Positions 58,798 through 64,000 of a stretch of 64,000 nt of DNA are shown piece by piece. The position numbers and the translations under genes were made by a program. The stretch lies in sequence record PQ553088; one strand, given 5' to 3'. Position 1 is the stretch's first letter. Every line of letters begins with the position of its first letter. The stretch comes from Escherichia phage OES_C-1. A model generated the notes under the pieces. That model saw only the letters and a program-made list of their open reading frames with translations. It had not been told where the DNA came from and searched no databases.

Positions 58798-59715
58798 TCA
58801 AAATTCATTAATGCTATTAGTTAATTTAGAAAGACCCGCTTTTACAAAATATGAATAAATTTTGCCACGCGGTGGTAATTTATATGAATTATAGTAATTC
58901 ACAATGTTTGAAGCAATATTATCAGGAATATAATCAAAATCAATTAGAACTAAATTTTCTTTATATCGATTATATTCAGATTCAGTGAGAAGCACCTTAG
59001 CTTGCTCACGGTCATTAGCAATAGCTTCAACAACAGATGTTTTCATTGAAGGAGTTCGTTCACCTTCAACTCTGGTAAACCAAAAGTCAGATCGTACTTT
59101 AACTGAAGCAACGTTATCCTTTTTATCACCTTTAAGGATTTTAGTCATACAGTCAATTTCAGCAGAACCGCTTTTAATTTTAACCCATTTCTTGTGCATC
59201 GGTGACCACTGCTTAACATTTGGGTATTTGTGAAGTTGAGTAAAGTCACCATCCGATGAAATGATTAAAATCTTGTGTCCTTCTAAAGAGAACTTTTTAA
59301 CAAGAACAGCAATGTGGTCATCTGCTTCATACTTATCAATATCCATAACAATGTATGGCATATAAGCTTTCAATTCATCTATAACTTTATGACTGGATTC
59401 AAAATAACCTTCCCAGTCCCAAGTAGATTCTTCTCGTGCTTTTCCACGGTTTTTCTTATAGTAATAAGCGAAATCACGACGCCAGTATCCAGATTTCGCG
59501 TTATCGATACACAGTACAATTTTAGTGTATCCAAGAGTTTTTGCTTTTTTGACATTAAACTTAATTGAGTTCAATATCAAATGACGAACCATTGATAAAT
59601 TAATTTTTTCTTTATCTGGAAAGTTTACTAGAGCAGTCGAAAGTGCAATTTGACTAAAGTCAATTAAGCAAATTCCTTCTTTGTAATCTTCATCCAGCAT
59701 CATTTCTAAATCCAT
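58798..59715 (-). CDS. rnh: RNase H / 5'-3' exonuclease
   Basis: 305 aa from ATG 59715 (MDLEMMLDEDYKEG...). Confidence 0.9.
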   Translation of the reverse strand: MDLEMMLDEDYKEGICLIDFSQIALSTALVNFPDKEKINLSMVRHLILNSIKFNVKKAKTLGYTKIVLCIDNAKSGYWRRDFAYYYKKNRGKAREESTWDWEGYFESSHKVIDELKAYMPYIVMDIDKYEADDHIAVLVKKFSLEGHKILIISSDGDFTQLHKYPNVKQWSPMHKKWVKIKSGSAEIDCMTKILKGDKKDNVASVKVRSDFWFTRVEGERTPSMKTSVVEAIANDREQAKVLLTESEYNRYKENLVLIDFDYIPDNIASNIVNYYNSYKLPPRGKIYSYFVKAGLSKLTNSINEF

Positions 59716-59777
59716 ATGAACCTCGTTCAATTAGTGAGATTTCTATTATATACCATCCAAATCTTAAAGTAAACAAG

Positions 59778-59785
59778 TATAAATA
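59778..59785 (+). promoter_or_regulatory. late promoter TATAAATA (gene 34)
   Basis: Exact TATAAATA 35 nt before gene 34 ATG. Confidence 0.6.
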
Positions 59786-59819
59786 CTTATTATTGAAAAC
59801 ACAATAGGAGCCCGGGAGA

Positions 59820-62800
59820 ATGGCCGAGATTAAAAGAAAGTTCAGAGCAGAAGATGGTCTGGACGCAGGTGGCGATAAAATAATCAACGTAGCTTTAGCT
59901 GATCGTACCGTAGGAACTGACGGTGTTAACGTTGATTACTTAATTCAAGAAAACACAGTTCAACAATATGATCCAACTCGTGGATATTTAAAAGATTTTG
60001 TAATCATTTATAATAATCGTTTTTGGGCAGCAACGGATAATATTCCAAAACCTGCTGGAAGTTTTAATAGAATTCGTTGGAAAGCATTACGTACTGATGC
60101 AGTATATACAACCGTATCATCTGGACCATATCAATTAAAATCCGGAGAAGCAATTTCAGTAGATACATCAGTTGGTAATGACATTGAGTTTAATTTACCA
60201 CCTTCTCCGCTTGATGGAGAAACCGTAATAATTCAAGATATTGGTGGAAAACCTGGTATAAATCAGGTTAAAATAAATTCTTCAAATCAGAGTATTGTCA
60301 ATTTTAGAGGTGAACAAGTACGTTCAGTTCTAATGACTCATCCAAAGTCACAAATGATATTCATTTTTAATAATCGTTTGTGGCAAATGTATGTTGCTGA
60401 TTATAGCAGAGAAGCTGCGATTGTTACTCCATCGACTGCATATCAAGCACAATCTAATGATTTTATCGTGCGTAGATTTACTTCCGCTGCGCCGATTAAT
60501 ATTAAACTTCCGAGATTTGCTAATCATGGCGATATTATTAATTTCGTTGATTTAGATAAATTAAATCCACTTTATCATACAATTGTCACGACATATGATG
60601 AAACAACTTCAGTACAAGAAGTTGGAACTCATTCTATTGAAGGTCGTACATCGATTGATGGTTTCTTGATGTTTGATGATAATGAAAAATTGTGGAGATT
60701 GTTTAACGGGGATAGTAAAGCACGTTTACGCATTATAACAACTAATTCTAACATTCGTCCAAATGAAGAAGTTATGGTATTTGGTGCGAATAATGGAACA
60801 ACCCAAACAATTGAACTTCAGCTTCCGACTGATATTTCTGTTGGTGATACTGTTAAAATTTCCATGAATTACATGAGAAAAGGACAAACAGTTAAAATCA
60901 AAGCTGCCGGTGAAGATAAAATTGCTTCTTCAGTTCAATTGTTGCAATTCCCAAAACGTTCAGAGTATCCGCCTGAAGCTGAATGGGTGACTGTTCAAGA
61001 ATTAGTTTTTAACGGCGAAACTAATTATGTTCCAGTTTTAGAGCTTGCTTATATAGAAGATTCTGACGGAAAATACTGGGTTGTACAACAAAACGTTCCA
61101 ACAGTTGAAAGAGTTGATTCTTTAAATGATTCTACTAGAGCAAGATTAGGCGTAATTGCTTTAGCTACACAAGCTCAAGCAAATGCTGATTTAGAAAATT
61201 CTCCACAGAAAGAATTAGCAATTACTCCAGAAACATTAGCTAACCGTACTGCTACAGAAACTCGTAGAGGTATCGCAAGAATAGCAACCACTGCTCAAGT
61301 GAATCAGAACACCACATTCTCTTTTGCTGATGATATTATCATCACTCCTAAAAAGCTGAATGAAAGAACTGCCACAGAAACTCGTAGAGGCGTTGCTGAA
61401 ATTGCCACACAGCAAGAAACTAACGCAGGTACTGATGATACTACAATCATCACTCCTAAAAAGCTTCAAGCTCGTCAAGGTTCTGAATCATTATCTGGTA
61501 TTGTAACCTTTGTATCTACTGCAGGAGCTACTCCAGCTTCTAGTCGTGAATTAAATGGTACAAATGTTTATAATAAAAACACTAATAATTTAGTTGTTTC
61601 GCCTAAAGCTTTGGATCAGTATAAAGCTACTCCAACCCAACAAGGTGCAGTAATTTTAGCAGTTGAAAGTGAAGTAATTGCTGGACAGAGTCAAGAAGGA
61701 TGGGCAAATGCGGTTGTAACGCCAGAAACGTTACATAAAAAGACATCAACTGATGCAAGAATTGGTTTAATTGAAATTGCTACGCAAAGTGAAGTTAATA
61801 CAGGAACTGATTATACTCGTGCAGTCACTCCTAAAACTTTAAATGACCGTATAGCAACTGAAAGTTTAAGTGGTATAGCTGAAATTGCTACGCAAGTTGA
61901 ATTCGACGCAGGCGTCGACGATACTCGTATCTCTACACCATTAAAAATTAAAACCAGATTTAATAGTACTGATCGTACTTCTGTTGTTGCTCTGTCTGGA
62001 TTAGTTGAATCAGGAACTCTCTGGGACCATTATACCCTTAATATTCTTGAAGCAAATGAGACACAGCGTGGTACACTTCGTGTAGCTACACAAGTTGAAG
62101 CTGCTGCAGGAACATTGGATAATGTTCTAATAACTCCTAAAAAGCTTTTAGGTACTAAATCTACTGAAGCGCAGGAAGGCGTTATTAAAGTTGCAACTCG
62201 GTCTGAAACTGTAGCTGGAACGTCAGCAAATACTGCTGTATCTCCAAAAAATTTAAAATGGATTGTGCAGAGTGAACCTACTTGGGCAGCTACTACTGCG
62301 ATAAGAGGTTTTGTTAAAACCTCATCCGGTTCAATTACATTCGTTGGTAATGATACAGCTGGTTCTACGCAGGACTTAGAACTATATGAGAAAAATAACT
62401 ATGCAGTATCACCATATGAATTAAACCGCGTATTAGCAAATTATTTGCCGTTAAAAGCAAAAGCTGTAGATAGTAATTTATTAGATGGTTTAGATTCACT
62501 CCAGTTCATTCGTAGGGATATTGCGCAGACGGTTAATGGTTCACTAACCTTAACACAACAAACGAATCTGAGTGCCCCTCTTGTATCATCTAGTACTGCT
62601 ACGTTCGGTGGATCAGTTTCGGCAAATAGTACATTAACTATTTCTAATACTGGAACAGCAACTCGTCTGATTTTTGAGAAAGGACCTCAAACTGGGACGA
62701 ACCCAGCTCAAACGATGACAGTCAGAGTGTGGGGAAATCAATTCAGCGGTGAATCGGACACAACACGTTCTACTGTATTTGAAGTTAGTGATGAAACGTC

Positions 62801-63689
62801 TAGTCACTTTTATTCTCAGCGCAATAAAGCTGGTAATATAACATTTAATATAAACGGTACAGTAACGCCGATAAATGTGAATGCTTCAGGAACATTGAAT
62901 GCGAATGGCGTTGCAACATTCGGTAGTTCAGTTACTGCTAATGGCGAATTTATCAGTAAATCATCGAATGCTTTTAGAGCAATAAACGGTGATTATGGAT
63001 TCTTTATCAGGAATGGTGGCAGCATCACACATTTTATGCTCACTGAATCTGGCGACCAGACCGGTGGATTTAATGGATTACGTCCTTTATCTATTAATAA
63101 TGCATCTGGTCAAGTAACGATTGGTGAAAGCTTAATCATTGCCAAAGGTGCTACTATAAGTTCAGGTGGTTTAACTGTCAACTCGAGAATTCGTTCTCAG
63201 GGTACTAAAACCTCTGATTTATATACTCGTGCGCCAACATCTGATACTGTAGGATTCTGGTCAATCGATATTAATGATTCAGCCACTTATAACCAGTTCC
63301 CGGGTTATTTTAAAATGGTTGAAAAAACTAATGAAGTTACTGGACTTCCATACTTAGAACGTGGTGAAGAAGTTAAATCTCCTGGTACATTGACTCAGTT
63401 TGGTAACACACTTGATTCACTTTACCAAGATTGGATTACTTATCCAACGACCCCAGAAGCACGTACCACTCGCTGGACACGTACATGGCAGAAAACCAAA
63501 AACTCTTGGTCAAGTTTTGTTCAGGTATTTGACGGAGGTAACCCTCCTCAACCTTCAGATATAGGAGCGATCCCATCTGATAATGGAATAATAGGTAATC
63601 TTACTATTCGCGATTTCTTGCGAATTGGTAATGTTCGCATTATTCCTGACCCAGTGAATAAAACTGTTAAATTTGAGTGGATTGAATAA
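59820..63689 (+). CDS. 34: long tail fiber proximal subunit gp34
   Basis: 1289 aa; late promoter at 59778-59785; internal repeated motifs. Confidence 0.95.
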   Translation: MAEIKRKFRAEDGLDAGGDKIINVALADRTVGTDGVNVDYLIQENTVQQYDPTRGYLKDFVIIYNNRFWAATDNIPKPAGSFNRIRWKALRTDAVYTTVSSGPYQLKSGEAISVDTSVGNDIEFNLPPSPLDGETVIIQDIGGKPGINQVKINSSNQSIVNFRGEQVRSVLMTHPKSQMIFIFNNRLWQMYVADYSREAAIVTPSTAYQAQSNDFIVRRFTSAAPINIKLPRFANHGDIINFVDLDKLNPLYHTIVTTYDETTSVQEVGTHSIEGRTSIDGFLMFDDNEKLWRLFNGDSKARLRIITTNSNIRPNEEVMVFGANNGTTQTIELQLPTDISVGDTVKISMNYMRKGQTVKIKAAGEDKIASSVQLLQFPKRSEYPPEAEWVTVQELVFNGETNYVPVLELAYIEDSDGKYWVVQQNVPTVERVDSLNDSTRARLGVIALATQAQANADLENSPQKELAITPETLANRTATETRRGIARIATTAQVNQNTTFSFADDIIITPKKLNERTATETRRGVAEIATQQETNAGTDDTTIITPKKLQARQGSESLSGIVTFVSTAGATPASSRELNGTNVYNKNTNNLVVSPKALDQYKATPTQQGAVILAVESEVIAGQSQEGWANAVVTPETLHKKTSTDARIGLIEIATQSEVNTGTDYTRAVTPKTLNDRIATESLSGIAEIATQVEFDAGVDDTRISTPLKIKTRFNSTDRTSVVALSGLVESGTLWDHYTLNILEANETQRGTLRVATQVEAAAGTLDNVLITPKKLLGTKSTEAQEGVIKVATRSETVAGTSANTAVSPKNLKWIVQSEPTWAATTAIRGFVKTSSGSITFVGNDTAGSTQDLELYEKNNYAVSPYELNRVLANYLPLKAKAVDSNLLDGLDSLQFIRRDIAQTVNGSLTLTQQTNLSAPLVSSSTATFGGSVSANSTLTISNTGTATRLIFEKGPQTGTNPAQTMTVRVWGNQFSGESDTTRSTVFEVSDETSSHFYSQRNKAGNITFNINGTVTPINVNASGTLNANGVATFGSSVTANGEFISKSSNAFRAINGDYGFFIRNGGSITHFMLTESGDQTGGFNGLRPLSINNASGQVTIGESLIIAKGATISSGGLTVNSRIRSQGTKTSDLYTRAPTSDTVGFWSIDINDSATYNQFPGYFKMVEKTNEVTGLPYLERGEEVKSPGTLTQFGNTLDSLYQDWITYPTTPEARTTRWTRTWQKTKNSWSSFVQVFDGGNPPQPSDIGAIPSDNGIIGNLTIRDFLRIGNVRIIPDPVNKTVKFEWIE

Positions 63690-63697
63690 GAGGTATT

Positions 63698-64000
63698 ATG
63701 GAAAAATTTATGGCAGAGTTTGGACAAGGATATGTCCAAACGCCATTTTTATCGGAAAGTAATTCAGTAAGATACAAAATAAGCATAGCGGGTTCTTGCC
63801 CGCTTTCTACAGCAGGACCATATGTTAAATTTCAGGATAACCCTGTCGGAAATCAAACATTTAGCGCAGGTCTTCATTTAAGAGTTTTTGACCCTTCAAC
63901 AGGAGCATTAGTTGATAGTAAGTCATATGCTTTTTCTACTTCAAATAATACTACATCAGCTGCTTTTGTTAGTTTCATGAATTCTTTGTCAAACAATAGA
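63698..64000 (+). CDS. 35: long tail fiber hinge protein gp35 (3' end outside window)
   Basis: ATG 63698 after AGAGG RBS; open to window end. Confidence 0.85.
   Translation, partial: MEKFMAEFGQGYVQTPFLSESNSVRYKISIAGSCPLSTAGPYVKFQDNPVGNQTFSAGLHLRVFDPSTGALVDSKSYAFSTSNNTTSAAFVSFMNSLSNNR

Overview
This window is a contiguous segment of a T4-like (T-even, Tequatrovirus-type) myophage genome, identified by recognising protein sequences, lengths and gene order; no database search was run. Left to right it holds: (1) the rightward late structural block, gene 12 C-terminus, wac, 13, 14, 15, 16, 17, 18, 19, 20, 67, 68, 21, 22, 23, segD, 24; (2) rnlB, 24.2/24.3, hoc, inh, uvsW, uvsW.1, uvsY and the baseplate hub genes 25, 26, 51, 27, 28, 29, 48, 54; (3) a long leftward early/middle block with two tandem Alt-family ADP-ribosyltransferase genes, DNA ligase (30), the 30.x ORFs, rIII, 31, cd and cd.x ORFs, pseT, a spanin pair, alc, rnlA, denA, nrdB, nrdA, td split by a 1016-nt group I intron carrying I-TevI, frd, 32, 59, 33, dsbA, rnh; (4) rightward long tail fiber genes 34 and 35 (partial). 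Coding density is very high, with TATAAATA late promoters, GTTTAC-N18-TAnnnT early promoters, a MotA-box middle promoter before uvsY, and GC hairpin plus U-run terminators. Differences from the T4 reference as I remember it: Hoc carries an extra tandemly duplicated Ig-like domain; nrdB is uninterrupted and there is no mobE between nrdA and nrdB; there is no segE between inh and uvsW; an extra ORF sits between frd and td; the Alt gene is present as two tandem paralogs. The most interesting candidates are that frd-td ORF, the Alt pair, and a NADAR/YbiA-like protein (30.3) beside a HAD-like phosphatase (30.2). No tRNA, rRNA or CRISPR array was seen.
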